Positions 32,765 through 42,893 of a stretch of DNA of 64,000 bases are shown here, in pieces. The notes beneath the pieces were generated by a model. It saw only the letters and a program-made list of their open reading frames with translations, was not told where the DNA came from and ran no database searches. The stretch's first letter is position 1. Each line of letters starts with the position of its first letter. Both the position numbers and the translations under genes were made by a program. Source of the stretch: an uncultured Acidobacteriota bacterium (GTDB taxonomy: Bacteria > Acidobacteriota > UBA6911); the NCBI GenBank assembly GCA_963809485.1, contig CAWEJX010000006.1:64001-128000 (forward strand). Reading direction: 5' to 3'.

Positions 32765-34258
32765 ATGCCCCGAGACAATCCATTGAAAGTGGCTATGTTT
32801 GCGGCGGAGGCCTCCCCTTATGCAAAAGTGGGAGGGCTGGGGGACATGGTGGGGACACTGCCCAAAGCCCTGGAAAAGCTGGGAGTCCATACCTCGATCG
32901 TGATCCCGAATTATCGGGTGATCCAGTCGGGACAGCTCGAAATTCAGCGTTGCGACCTCGCCCCCGGATTCGACATCCCCATGGGGTCCTCGATTGAAAG
33001 GGCGGAAATCTACCAAAGCCGTATACGCGGCACCTCCGTGGACGTCTACCTGATCGGGTCCCGCAGGTATTTCAATCGCAACGGGATTTACGACGATCCG
33101 GCCACCGGGGAGGGTTACCCGGACAACATGGAACGGTTTGTTTTCTTCATGAAGGCGGGGATCGAATTGCTGCTCAGGCTCGAGCAGCCGGTCGATATCC
33201 TCCACTGCCATGATTCCCATGCCGCGCTTATCCCCGGCCTCATCCATGCGAATTACCGGGACGATCCGTTTTTTGCCAGGGTTGGGACTCTATTCACGAT
33301 TCACAACATCGCCTACCAGGGAGTCTATCCGAAAGATTCGCTCTACTATGCGGGGATCGACCTCAAGCATTTCTATTCCATGTCCCCGTTTGAATACTGG
33401 GGGCGCGTCAATTTCATGAAGGCCGGCATCGAGCTTGCGGACAAGGTGAACACGGTCAGCAAAACCTACGCCGCTGAGATCCAGACGAGCTCCGAATTCG
33501 GGCTGGGCCTGGAAGGCACTCTGAGAAACAGAGGGAAAGACCTCAGCGGCATTGTCAACGGCATAGACGTCGACCTGTGGAATCCCGAAACGGATCCGCA
33601 CCTGCCTGCCCGCTATTCAATACGCGATCTGTCGGGCAAAGCAAAGTGCAAGGAGCACGTACTGCGGCATTTCGGATTCCCCGATACGGGGAATCCCATA
33701 CCCTTGATCGGCATTGTCTCCAGGCTCGCGGATCAGAAAGGATTCGAGCTCATAGCGGACGCGATCGAGGAGATCCGGGCGTTGAATCTGCGTCTTGTCG
33801 TGCTCGGTACCGGCCAACAGAAGTACCATGAGCTGCTCCAGCGGCTCGCCGGTCAATACCCGGCTAACATCGGCGTTCAGTTGTCTTTCAACACTGAACT
33901 GGCGCATCAGATCGAGGCCGGCTGCGACATGTTCCTGATGCCTTCCAGATATGAACCTTGCGGCTTGAACCAGCTTTACAGCTTCCGGTACGGGACCATC
34001 CCGATTGCCCGGGCAACGGGAGGGCTTGTCGATACGGTTTCTCCCTACGACGGCGAAAAGGGAACCGGATTCTGCTTTGCCGGCTATTCCTCCGGCGAAA
34101 TGATGGAGGCCATAAAGCACGCTCTGGCGGTTTATTCCGATCCCGCCCGGTGGCGGTCCCTCATGGTCCGGGTAATGTCGCAGGACTGGTCCTGGAATAG
34201 ACCCGCCGCTGAATATATGAAGCTATACCGGGAAATTCATCAAATCAGGAATCCGTGA
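32765..34258 (+). CDS. glgA: Glycogen/starch synthase
   Basis: KVGGLGD, HCHD, FTIHNIAYQG, GIVNGID, SRLADQKG, PSRYEPCGLNQL. Confidence 0.96.
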   Translation: MPRDNPLKVAMFAAEASPYAKVGGLGDMVGTLPKALEKLGVHTSIVIPNYRVIQSGQLEIQRCDLAPGFDIPMGSSIERAEIYQSRIRGTSVDVYLIGSRRYFNRNGIYDDPATGEGYPDNMERFVFFMKAGIELLLRLEQPVDILHCHDSHAALIPGLIHANYRDDPFFARVGTLFTIHNIAYQGVYPKDSLYYAGIDLKHFYSMSPFEYWGRVNFMKAGIELADKVNTVSKTYAAEIQTSSEFGLGLEGTLRNRGKDLSGIVNGIDVDLWNPETDPHLPARYSIRDLSGKAKCKEHVLRHFGFPDTGNPIPLIGIVSRLADQKGFELIADAIEEIRALNLRLVVLGTGQQKYHELLQRLAGQYPANIGVQLSFNTELAHQIEAGCDMFLMPSRYEPCGLNQLYSFRYGTIPIARATGGLVDTVSPYDGEKGTGFCFAGYSSGEMMEAIKHALAVYSDPARWRSLMVRVMSQDWSWNRPAAEYMKLYREIHQIRNP

Positions 34259-34325
34259 AGCTGATTTGCGATTCGGAATCTTATATTCAGAATTGTTCAG
34301 GGGCGGCGATGCCGCGGGCATCCGT

Positions 34326-34554
34326 TAATTCTATTGGTAAACCCACGGCTCTGCCGGGGAACTCATAGCGTTTGACAGCTCTGTATTTTTAAACGCTGAG
34401 ATACGCTGACAAACGCCGATTTGTTCGGCGGGGCTCGGAAGCGCCTCATCGGCTTTTGCCCGCGTAAGTCAGCGTTCAAGACCAGCGTAACTCCTCCAAC
34501 CGCTTTGAGCGGTTCCAATCTTTCAAGCCTCCGGCTTTGCCGGAGGTGCCTGAC
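34326..34554 (+). mobile_element. Non-autonomous IS200/IS605-end element, intermediate deletion form, copy C
   Basis: Same ends; keeps only the right arm (TCGGAAGCGCCTCATCGG) of the internal IR. Confidence 0.8.
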
Positions 34555-34576
34555 ATCGGCAACCACGGAGGATGCC

Positions 34577-35800
34577 ATGAATTTTGTCCTGGGCTGCCTG
34601 ATCGTTTTGACGCTTGTTTCGGCGGTGCCCGCCTTCCCGGCGGATGCGGCCAGAGGCCTGCCCAGAAGCGCTCCCGAGACTGTCGGATTCATCCCGTCGC
34701 AGCTGAACCATATTGACGATGCCGTCGAAGCAGCCCTGAAGGCCGGCGAAATACCCGGTGCGGTGGTCCTGGTGGCCAGGCACGGCCGGATTGCCTACTT
34801 CAAAGCCTTCGGCAATCGCTCCGTGCAGCCTGCCAAAGAAGCCATGACGGGCGATACGATTTTTGATATGTCGTCGCTGACTAAGGTTATGGCCACGCTG
34901 CCGCTGGTCCTGATGCTGTCCGAGGACGGGACCCTGCGTCTCGCCGACAAGGTGAAGCGTTATCTGCCCCGCTTTGCCGGCGGAGGGAAGGACAACATCA
35001 CGCTGAGCCATCTCCTGACTCACTACTCGGGTCTGCCGGCCGACTTCGACCTGTCCAAGCCATGGTTCGGCTACCCGGCGGCGCTTGAAGAACTCTGGAT
35101 GACCAAAACCAGATCGGAGCCGGGCAAGGAATTTGAATACAGCGATCTGAACTTCATCGCGCTGGGCCATGTCGTGCAGGTTGTCACCGGCAAAACTCTG
35201 GATGAGAACGCCCTGGAGCGCATTTTTGTACCGCTTGGAATGAACGATACGTGCTTCCGTCCGCCCGCAGATCTGGCCGGCCGCATCGCGCCTACGGAAT
35301 CCAGGAGAAACACGCTCCGCTATTTAAAAGGGCAGAATGCCGCTGAATCGTTGGACAAAATCCTGTGCGGGGAAGTCCACGATCCGACCGCCTGGCGGAT
35401 GGGCGGCGTGGCCGGCCACGCGGGCCTCTTTTCCAGTGCCGAAGACCTGGCGGTTTTCGCCCAAATGCTCCTGAGTCACGGCGCCTATCCCGGGGGACGC
35501 CTTCTGTCGCCGCTTACCGTCCAGGCGATGAGCCGCCCGAATTCTCCGCCCGGCGCGCCGGAAGTCCGGGGATATGGCTGGGATATTGATACCGCGTACT
35601 CATCGCCCCGCGGCGATATTTTTAAGGATGGCTATGGCCACACCGGGTTTACCGGCACGTCGCTTTGGGTGCATCCCTCCACGGACACCTTCATCATCCT
35701 ATTGAGCAATCGAGTCCACCCGGACGGCGGCAAAGACATTAACCATCTCCGTGCCGCGATTGCCAACATTGTCGCCGCCGCCATTTCCGATCCCAAATAA
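34577..35800 (+). CDS. Secreted serine hydrolase, beta-lactamase class C-like
   Basis: GGAGG RBS, signal peptide, SSLTK (SxxK), YSDLNF, VHDPTAWRMGGVAGHAGLFS, GHTGFTG. Confidence 0.88.
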   Translation: MNFVLGCLIVLTLVSAVPAFPADAARGLPRSAPETVGFIPSQLNHIDDAVEAALKAGEIPGAVVLVARHGRIAYFKAFGNRSVQPAKEAMTGDTIFDMSSLTKVMATLPLVLMLSEDGTLRLADKVKRYLPRFAGGGKDNITLSHLLTHYSGLPADFDLSKPWFGYPAALEELWMTKTRSEPGKEFEYSDLNFIALGHVVQVVTGKTLDENALERIFVPLGMNDTCFRPPADLAGRIAPTESRRNTLRYLKGQNAAESLDKILCGEVHDPTAWRMGGVAGHAGLFSSAEDLAVFAQMLLSHGAYPGGRLLSPLTVQAMSRPNSPPGAPEVRGYGWDIDTAYSSPRGDIFKDGYGHTGFTGTSLWVHPSTDTFIILLSNRVHPDGGKDINHLRAAIANIVAAAISDPK

Positions 35801-35804
35801 GGCC

Positions 35805-35826
35805 CGTTCCACGTTCCACGTTCCAC
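35805..35826. repeat. Heptamer tandem repeat (CGTTCCA)3 after a stop codon
   Basis: cgttccacgttccacgttccac. Confidence 0.8.
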
Positions 35827-35919
35827 TGTCCTGGACCCGCAGTCCAAGGATTTTTTCAAGGAAATGCAGCGACAGAACTCAAAGGGTGTGTTTCGCAGGC
35901 ACCCGTGATATAAGTATGC

Positions 35920-36117
35920 CTACTTTTTCTCGAAGGAGAAACACGCGCGGCGGAACTTGATGAATGCATGGGAGTGGTGAAGGCATGTTCCCCAGTTGCT
36001 CGGAGAATTGGTAAACTGTTCTTCGGATATAAAAAACCTGCAATCACCGCATTCGAACTGTTTGTTATCGACCTTGTAACTGCAGGCTTCCCGGAAATCT
36101 GCGAACTGCTGATGCAT
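35920..36117 (-). CDS. Small Cys-rich hypothetical protein (65 aa), possible Fe-S/metal binding
   Basis: GAGGTG RBS 5 nt before ATG; CGDCRFF..WGTC..C-FSF pattern. Confidence 0.55.
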   Translation of the reverse strand: MHQQFADFREACSYKVDNKQFECGDCRFFISEEQFTNSPSNWGTCLHHSHAFIKFRRACFSFEKK

Positions 36118-36230
36118 GAGATCACCTCGATAGCTTCCCAAACATCTTGCAATGGGGACCGGATGCTGTCAACCCCAGATGCAGCCCGCGTTCATTTCGA
36201 CTTTTTTGCGCATTGTTGCGGAGGCAGCGT

Positions 36231-37604
36231 ATGAAGCCTCGAACGGCGTCCCGCAATCTGACCAATAAATCGCTGCGTCTTTTGCGCACCGACGCAGCCC
36301 GCATCTGGACTGCCGCCCTGCAGGCTGTCGAACCGGAAGCCGCCGTGCGCAAAATGGTCAGACGGGACGGGCCTATTCTTCAACTCGGCGGCCGCCGGTA
36401 CGATCTCGGCAAAATCCGGAAGGTGTGGGTCCTTGGTGCGGGAAAAGCGGCTGCGCCGATGGGCAGGGCGGTTGAGAGGATATTGGGGAGATATCTGGCC
36501 GGCGGATTTCTTGTGACCAAATACGGTCACAGACTGGACCTCGGGCGGCTCGAGATCATGGAAGCCGGCCACCCTATGCCGGACTCGAACAGCATGGCGT
36601 CCGCGGCGCGGGTTGCCGCTTTGGCAAAAGATCAAATCGACGAGCGGGACCTCGTGATATGCCTTTTCTCGGGAGGCGCTTCCTCGCTTCTGGTCTGCCC
36701 GGCTCCGGGCATAACGCTGGCGGACAAGCTTGCGTGCACCCGCATGCTGATCGATGCCGGAGCGGATATCCGTGAAATGAACGCTGTGCGCAAGCACTTG
36801 TCTGCCATTAAAGGGGGCGGATTGGCGAGGATGCTGGCCCCCGCTCGGGCGATTTCCCTGATTCTATCGGATGTGGTGGGCGATGACGTGGGCACGATCG
36901 CCTCGGGTCCCATGGCGCCCGACCCTACAACTTTTGCGGATTGCATGGAAGTTTTTGACAGGCTTGGTCTCTCGGACAAAATGCCCCCGGCTGTAAAGCA
37001 ACGACTGGAGTCCGGCGCGGCGGGAGAAATCCCCGAAACTCCGAAGCAGGGTGATCCCGTGTTTCAGGAGGGGAAAACAATGATCGTCGGGAGCAGCGCC
37101 AGAGCATGCACCGCTGCATTCCAGGCGGCCAGGAAACTAGGCTACAAAGCACTGGTCCTGACCAGCGGGCTCGAGGGGGACAACGGGGAGGCCGCCCGGT
37201 TTCACATGAGTATTGCGGGCGAAATAATCCACCACCGGCGTCCGCTGCGCCTCCCTGCCTGCATTATCAGCGGAGGCGAAACCACCGTCAGGATTACGGG
37301 AAAAGGCAAAGGCGGCCGCAACCAGGAATTTGCCCTGCGCTGCGCCCGGCCTCTTGCTCAGCTGCCCGCAGCCTGCCTGGTTGCCAGCATCGGCACGGAC
37401 GGCACGGATGGGCCGACAGACGCAGCGGGCGCCATCGCGGACAGCACCACGCTGGTACGTTCGATGAAGTACGGTGCGAGCTTCCTCAAAGACTCCCTGG
37501 ACAACAACGATTCCTACCGGTTTTTCAGGCGCCTCGGGGACCTCATAATCACCGGCCCTACTCGCACCAATGTCATGGATCTTCATATCCTCCTGGTTGG
37601 GTGA
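36231..37604 (+). CDS. Glycerate 2-kinase (DUF4147/MOFRL family)
   Basis: GAGKAAAPM, EAGHP, SGGASSL, RKHLSAIKGG, SGGETTV, GGRNQE, GTDGTDG, TGPTRTNVMD. Confidence 0.93.
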   Translation: MKPRTASRNLTNKSLRLLRTDAARIWTAALQAVEPEAAVRKMVRRDGPILQLGGRRYDLGKIRKVWVLGAGKAAAPMGRAVERILGRYLAGGFLVTKYGHRLDLGRLEIMEAGHPMPDSNSMASAARVAALAKDQIDERDLVICLFSGGASSLLVCPAPGITLADKLACTRMLIDAGADIREMNAVRKHLSAIKGGGLARMLAPARAISLILSDVVGDDVGTIASGPMAPDPTTFADCMEVFDRLGLSDKMPPAVKQRLESGAAGEIPETPKQGDPVFQEGKTMIVGSSARACTAAFQAARKLGYKALVLTSGLEGDNGEAARFHMSIAGEIIHHRRPLRLPACIISGGETTVRITGKGKGGRNQEFALRCARPLAQLPAACLVASIGTDGTDGPTDAAGAIADSTTLVRSMKYGASFLKDSLDNNDSYRFFRRLGDLIITGPTRTNVMDLHILLVG

Positions 37605-37677
37605 AAAGCAGCGGGAGGGAAGAGATGGAAGCAACAAGCCACCCGTCTGCTTATTGCTCCCCGCTACTGTACGCACA

Positions 37678-37771
37678 GGTAATGCCCATATTTGCGGGGA
37701 ATATCCGGAGTTTGACAGTTCCAGGACCAACATCCGCCGAAATATGCTGAAAAAAGCGCTGACACACGCCG
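37678..37771 (+). repeat. Eroded left part of the dispersed IS200/IS605-end element
   Basis: GAGTTTGACAGTTCC and GCTGAAAAAAGCGCTGACACACGCCG match the left portion of copies A-E. Confidence 0.5.
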
Positions 37772-37887
37772 CCCCTTGAGCTTACAGCCGGCGTATGCCG
37801 GCGTATAGGACCAAGGAAACTGATCGAGCCGCCTTGAAGGATCTGAAACCGGGACTGCGAATTTGCCGGGGCCGTTTGCTTCAGCGG

Positions 37888-38553
37888 CTATGAGATTTTA
37901 TCCGTGGAATAACAGTCCCGCTCCAAAGGGCAGGTCAGGCAGAGCGGCCTGCGCGCTTTGCAGGTCGAACGCCCATGAAGGATCACCTGGTGGGAAAATG
38001 AGATCCATCGATCCCTGGGAATGATCTGCATGAGGTCGGCTTCGATTTTTTCGGGGGTATCCGAGTGCGCGAGGTCCAGCCGCCGGGATACCCGGAAAAC
38101 ATGGGTGTCCACAACGATGCCTTCCGCTTTGCCGAAAGCGACGCCCAAAACCACGTTCGCGGTCTTTCGGGCGACGCCGGGAAGCTCCAATAGTTCCTCC
38201 ATTGTGGATGGGACCGAACCGCCGAACTTCCCTGAGATCAGAGTGCAGGCACCTTGGATGCTTTTGGCTTTGTTTCGGTAAAAGCCCGTCGACCTTATAT
38301 CGGCCTCCAGTTTTTCGCGCGGGGCATTGGCATAGTCGCCGGCAGTTCGATACTTCCGGAAAAGGTCATGCGTCACCACATTCACCCTTTCATCGGTGCA
38401 TTGAGCCGATAGAATTGTGGCGATGAGGAGTTCCAGCGGATTGCCGTGACGGAGCGCACATTGAGCCTTCGGGTAGGCTGAATCCAGACTCGATAGAATC
38501 CGGCTGATTCTGGTCTGTCTTTCGTTTGTCGCAAGCCTCTTCTTCCTGATCAT
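37888..38553 (-). CDS. nth: Endonuclease III
   Basis: ILSAQCTDERVN, LPGVARKTANVV, VDTHV, C-terminal four-Cys [4Fe-4S] motif. Confidence 0.97.
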   Translation of the reverse strand: MIRKKRLATNERQTRISRILSSLDSAYPKAQCALRHGNPLELLIATILSAQCTDERVNVVTHDLFRKYRTAGDYANAPREKLEADIRSTGFYRNKAKSIQGACTLISGKFGGSVPSTMEELLELPGVARKTANVVLGVAFGKAEGIVVDTHVFRVSRRLDLAHSDTPEKIEADLMQIIPRDRWISFSHQVILHGRSTCKARRPLCLTCPLERDCYSTDKIS

Positions 38554-38673
38554 AATGGCCGCACATTATATCCTAAATGGCAACCCGACCAACATCCCCT
38601 GAATGAGGGATTTGGAGTTTGACATTTGATATCGGGCATGTTATCAATAGTTTACAAACAGAAGGAGAACGGA

Positions 38674-38970
38674 ATGAGTAATGAATCAAGCGCAGGCGAA
38701 AAGGCTTTGTATTTGATGCTCGGTGCAACCATCGGGGCGGTGGCGGCTCTTTTGCTTGCACCCCGGAGCGGCATGGAGACGCGCAGGCTGATCGCGTCCA
38801 AAGCCCGTGACGGCGCAGACTATGTTGCCAGCCGCACCAAAGCTGTCGCGGAAAAGACTTCCGAGATCGTGGACCGAGGCAAGGAAGTTTTCCAGCAGCA
38901 GCGCAACTCCGTATCAGCGGCTGTGGATGCCGGCAAGCTGGCCTATAGAGAAGAAAAAAACAGGGCATAA
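38674..38970 (+). CDS. YtxH-like protein
   Basis: GAAGGAG RBS; GATIGAVAALLLAPRSGMETRR. Confidence 0.85.
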   Translation: MSNESSAGEKALYLMLGATIGAVAALLLAPRSGMETRRLIASKARDGADYVASRTKAVAEKTSEIVDRGKEVFQQQRNSVSAAVDAGKLAYREEKNRA

Positions 38971-38976
38971 CTCCAG

Positions 38977-39489
38977 ATGCAAGACACCCTTTTGACGATC
39001 TTCATCGGGATCCTGACGTTCGCAGTGCTCGTTCAGAGCGTGCTGTTCTTCGGGATATACAAATCCATCCGCCTGTTGTCGGAACGGACAGACAGCCTGG
39101 GCAGGGATCTCCAGAATAGCGTCACGGCGATATCCTCAAAACTCGAGGCGAGCCTGACGGCCGTCAAAGATCTTGGGGATGGCTTGAAGAGCGTCAAAGA
39201 AAAGCTGGCCGATACAGCCGACATTGTGCACAGGAGGGTTGTGGATCTGGACGACTTTCTGGCCGAGGCCACCAAAACGGCACGCCTGGAGGTCTACCGG
39301 GTTCAGGATACCATTCAATCGGCAACCCGACGAGCGGAGGAGACGATGGACCTCGTCCAGAATACTATCCTCGCGCCCGTCCGAGAGATAAATGCCATAA
39401 CACGGGCGCTCCGCGTGGGGATCGATATCCTTTTGCGCGGGCGCCGCAAGCTCTCCAGGGCGGCCCATGATGAAGGGATGTTCATCTAG
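38977..39489 (+). CDS. Membrane-anchored coiled-coil hypothetical protein (DUF948-like)
   Basis: N-terminal TM then helical repeats; directly after YtxH. Confidence 0.7.
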   Translation: MQDTLLTIFIGILTFAVLVQSVLFFGIYKSIRLLSERTDSLGRDLQNSVTAISSKLEASLTAVKDLGDGLKSVKEKLADTADIVHRRVVDLDDFLAEATKTARLEVYRVQDTIQSATRRAEETMDLVQNTILAPVREINAITRALRVGIDILLRGRRKLSRAAHDEGMFI

Positions 39490-39884
39490 AAACCGCGATA
39501 ACCATCCCCTTCAGGCAATTCTCCAGCTGCAAAAAATATTTTGAAATCATCCCACGACGCCGAAGCATACAAAATCCGTTGGGCATCGGTGCCGCCCAAT
39601 TTTTCGGGCAGGCCTTTATGCCCCGGAAGTGTCCGAGTATTCAGCCCTGAAAAATGTCCCCCCGGAATCAATAAATACCTGAAAAAGCTTGACAAGATGA
39701 GGCCAGTTTTTAAGAATCGAGCGTGATTGCTCAAGATGTTCAGCCCTGAAAGAAATGAAGCCTTGTTTTCGCCGGAACAGAGCGGGGCGGATTCCTTAAG
39801 AGGGTTTTTCCACAGCTCAACCGGGCCTGAAAGGGCTACGAACCCTAACGGCCATCATGCCAGGGCTGAAGAAGAAGAGGGAAA

Positions 39885-40562
39885 ATGGCAGAAGAAAAAA
39901 GCAAATCTGGGGAACAGGAAAACAGCGAAGGATCCGGACAGATCTCCCGCCGGGCTTTTCTGAAGGATGCGGGACTGGTTGTCGGTACGCCCGCCATAGG
40001 ATCCATGGTGGCGCCGGCACAGGCAGAGGCCCAAACGCCCAAGGGGCGGGCGGCGCAGGCGAGTGCGGCCGGTTCGTCATTGGAGAAGCGCCCGGCACTC
40101 CCCCATACTATCGAGCTGACAGTCAACGGCGGCAAATACCGTTATACGGTCGAGCCGCACTGGAGTTTGCGGCAGCTCCTGCGCGACGAAATCGGGTTCA
40201 CCTCGCCCAAGGACTGGTGTGGAGGGGTAGGCGCCTGCGGCTCCTGTACGGTGATTATGAACGGCCGACCGATTCTATCCTGCCTGACCCTGGCCTGCGA
40301 GTGCGATGGCGCAATCATAGAGACCGCAGAGGGTATTGCAAAGGCCAAACACCCGATCATCCAGGCCTATATCAACAACAATGCCTTTCAATGCGGATAT
40401 TGCACGCCTGGATTTGTATGCACAGCCAAGGCTTTGCTGGATAAGAATAAGAATCCGACCGAGGCCGACGTAAGAGATGCTTTGGGCGGCAACCTGTGCC
40501 GGTGCGCGACCTACCAGCGCCATCCTCCGGCTGTCCTGGAAGCTGCCAGGAATCTCAAATAG
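39885..40562 (+). CDS. Molybdenum hydroxylase small [2Fe-2S] subunit with twin-arginine motif (PaoA/CoxS-like)
   Basis: ISRRAFLK; CGGVGACGSCTV..SC; FQCGYCTPG; GNLCRC. Confidence 0.9.
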   Translation: MAEEKSKSGEQENSEGSGQISRRAFLKDAGLVVGTPAIGSMVAPAQAEAQTPKGRAAQASAAGSSLEKRPALPHTIELTVNGGKYRYTVEPHWSLRQLLRDEIGFTSPKDWCGGVGACGSCTVIMNGRPILSCLTLACECDGAIIETAEGIAKAKHPIIQAYINNNAFQCGYCTPGFVCTAKALLDKNKNPTEADVRDALGGNLCRCATYQRHPPAVLEAARNLK

Positions 40563-40703
40563 CAGGCTCCGGGCGGCTGGATCGCCAGCAGCGGCCAACC
40601 GGGCAAAAACCGATGCCGATGCGGGCATGAATCCCGCCCGCAGCCCCTGGGGAACCCGGATGTAGTTTTTGAGAGTTATCGGAAACGAGGCAGGAGCCAA
40701 AAC

Positions 40704-41666
40704 ATGAAGACATGGAAAAGATTCGAGCACGTGAATGCAAAAACGGTCGAAGAGGCTGCTTCCATTTTGCGCAAAGGGAAAGCGGCGCTCCTATCCGGGG
40801 GCACCGACCTTCTGGGTGCAATGAGGTTTGAAATTCTGCCGAACTATCCCGAAGTTGTGGTAAATCTCAAAACTATTCCGGGAATGGACTACATCAGAGA
40901 AGAAGCGGGCCTGCTGAAAATAGGCGCTTTGACCAGGCTGGAAGACATCGCCAAAAACAATCTTGTCAAAACCCGGTACACGGCATTGGCTGAAGCGGCC
41001 CACCGGACAGCCACGCCTCACATCCGCGAGATGGGAACCATTGGCGGCAATATCTGCCAGATGAACCGGTGCTGGTATTTCCGCAACCCCGACAACCGGT
41101 TCAACTGCATACGCAAAGGCGGGAAGATGTGCTATGCCATGGCCGGAGACAACCGGTACCACTCCATTTTCGGGGCGGTCAAAATGTGTTTGGCCGTCAA
41201 TCCGAGCGATACGGCGCCGGCCCTGGTTGCGCTGAATGCCAAAATCAAAACCAACAAGAGATTGATTGAAGCCGAGAAGTTCTGGGAAATGACAGTCCCC
41301 GGGTCCACGGTCCTGGCCCCCGATGAAATCGTCACCGAAATACAGATACCCTCGCCGGCTGCAGGCGTCAAAAGCGCATACATGAAGTTTGCTATCCGCA
41401 AATCCATAGACTTCCCGATCGTCAACTGCGCCGCCATGATAGGCGGAGGCAATGCGCGTATATGCCTCAATGCGGTGCATAACACTCCCTACCGGGCGGT
41501 GCCCGCGGAAGAAGCCATCAAAGGGAAGGCGATCACTGAAGACAGCGCGGATGCGGCCGGAGCGGCCGCTGTGGCCTCCGCTAAAGCGCTTCCCGGCGAC
41601 AGGAACAAATGGAAAATCCCAATTGCCAAGGCAATGGTGAAGAGAGCCATATTAGGTTGCGCTTAA
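40704..41666 (+). CDS. Molybdenum hydroxylase FAD subunit with [4Fe-4S] insert (PaoB/HcrB-like)
   Basis: SGGTDLL, GTIGGNICQ..RCWYFR..C..C..HSIFG..C..PSDTAPAL, RKSIDF. Confidence 0.9.
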   Translation: MKTWKRFEHVNAKTVEEAASILRKGKAALLSGGTDLLGAMRFEILPNYPEVVVNLKTIPGMDYIREEAGLLKIGALTRLEDIAKNNLVKTRYTALAEAAHRTATPHIREMGTIGGNICQMNRCWYFRNPDNRFNCIRKGGKMCYAMAGDNRYHSIFGAVKMCLAVNPSDTAPALVALNAKIKTNKRLIEAEKFWEMTVPGSTVLAPDEIVTEIQIPSPAAGVKSAYMKFAIRKSIDFPIVNCAAMIGGGNARICLNAVHNTPYRAVPAEEAIKGKAITEDSADAAGAAAVASAKALPGDRNKWKIPIAKAMVKRAILGCA

Positions 41667-41796
41667 CCCTCATGGATCACCCGTGATTCGTGCGCCGGGC
41701 GCAAATCCCCGGTGCACGAAAGCATCCCGACAACGCCGCAAGCTAATCTGAATTCCTAAGCGCACGGACCTATCCCGACTGGAGCAGCAGACTTGT

Positions 41797-42861
41797 ATGG
41801 GCAATCTGGAGTTCTCGGTTCCCTACAACAATGATCCTGAAACTCTTTCCGAAATCTTTCCATTAAAAGAGAAAAACGGCAACCGCATCCGTGAGATTTA
41901 TCTTTCGGGCCCCCAGGAATTTTCCGGCGCAGGCAGGATCGTGCCGGAAATGGATACCGGGGAATTCGTGCGAGTCGTGGAGAGGATCCACAGGGAAGGG
42001 ATTCGAGTAAATCTGCTGCTCAACTCGATTTGCGAAGGGAGTGATTGGTATTCCCCGGGCGTCCTGAAGTCGACCATGGAATACCTCGGGAAGGTGCACG
42101 GGGAATACGGAGTTGAATCGATCACCATTGCGAATCCCCTGTATATCCGTGAGGTGAGAAAGCGCTTCCCGGATCTGGAAATCTGCGCCTCCGTGCTCGG
42201 GGACATCGATTGCGTGGAGAAAGCCGTCATTTTTAGAAAAGCCGGAGCAGATGTCATCACGCCCCACATCGATATCAACCGGGACCTCGCCCTGCTTCTA
42301 AAAATAAAAAATGCCACGGGGGCTCAAATAAAGCTGATGGTCAATGAAGGGTGCCTCTTCCGCTGCCCGTTCCGGAAGTTCCATTTCAACTATATTTCGC
42401 ATAAATCGAGAAATCCGGGGATGAAACAGGGAGTGAAGGCAGAAGACAATGTCTTCAGCCTCAACTGCATCCAGCTCTCCAAAAGCGATCTCTCCCAGAT
42501 CCTGAAGTCCTGCTGGATACGCCCGGAAGATGCGGCGAAATACAGCCGGATAACCAGCTACTTCAAACTGGTGGGCAGAACAAGCTCAAAGAGCATGCTC
42601 ATCCGGTCGGTGGATGCCTATCTGCAGGAAAGCTGGGATGGCGACCTTCTGGAGCTGATGGCGGGCAACCTTTACTCGCTCGCAATGTCCCATCTCATGC
42701 ATCTCGACAATAAGAGCCTTGACGAAATCGGCTTCTTTCAAAAAGTCACCTCCTGCAATAAGGAATGCAGCGAATGCGACTACTGCAGCGCTCTCATAGG
42801 AAAGCTTGTCAAACGCGGTGTTTTCACCCCTGCAAAAATCCAGGACCTTGGACTGAAATAA
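41797..42861 (+). CDS. U32 'peptidase' family Fe-S protein
   Basis: NLLLNSIC, ITIANP, DINRD, MVNEGCLFRCP, WIRPED, FKLVGR, C-terminal CNKECSECDYC. Confidence 0.8.
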   Translation: MGNLEFSVPYNNDPETLSEIFPLKEKNGNRIREIYLSGPQEFSGAGRIVPEMDTGEFVRVVERIHREGIRVNLLLNSICEGSDWYSPGVLKSTMEYLGKVHGEYGVESITIANPLYIREVRKRFPDLEICASVLGDIDCVEKAVIFRKAGADVITPHIDINRDLALLLKIKNATGAQIKLMVNEGCLFRCPFRKFHFNYISHKSRNPGMKQGVKAEDNVFSLNCIQLSKSDLSQILKSCWIRPEDAAKYSRITSYFKLVGRTSSKSMLIRSVDAYLQESWDGDLLELMAGNLYSLAMSHLMHLDNKSLDEIGFFQKVTSCNKECSECDYCSALIGKLVKRGVFTPAKIQDLGLK

Positions 42862-42893
42862 TTCTTTGCGGCCTCCAGGATGGGGATTGTGCG

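Noticed and set aside
39640-39870. Moco/Wco riboswitch upstream of the small-subunit gene
   Set aside because: Only repeated TTCAGCCCTGAAA/CAGGGCTGAA motifs, more like degenerate REP sequence; I could not match the riboswitch consensus. An Rfam scan would settle it.
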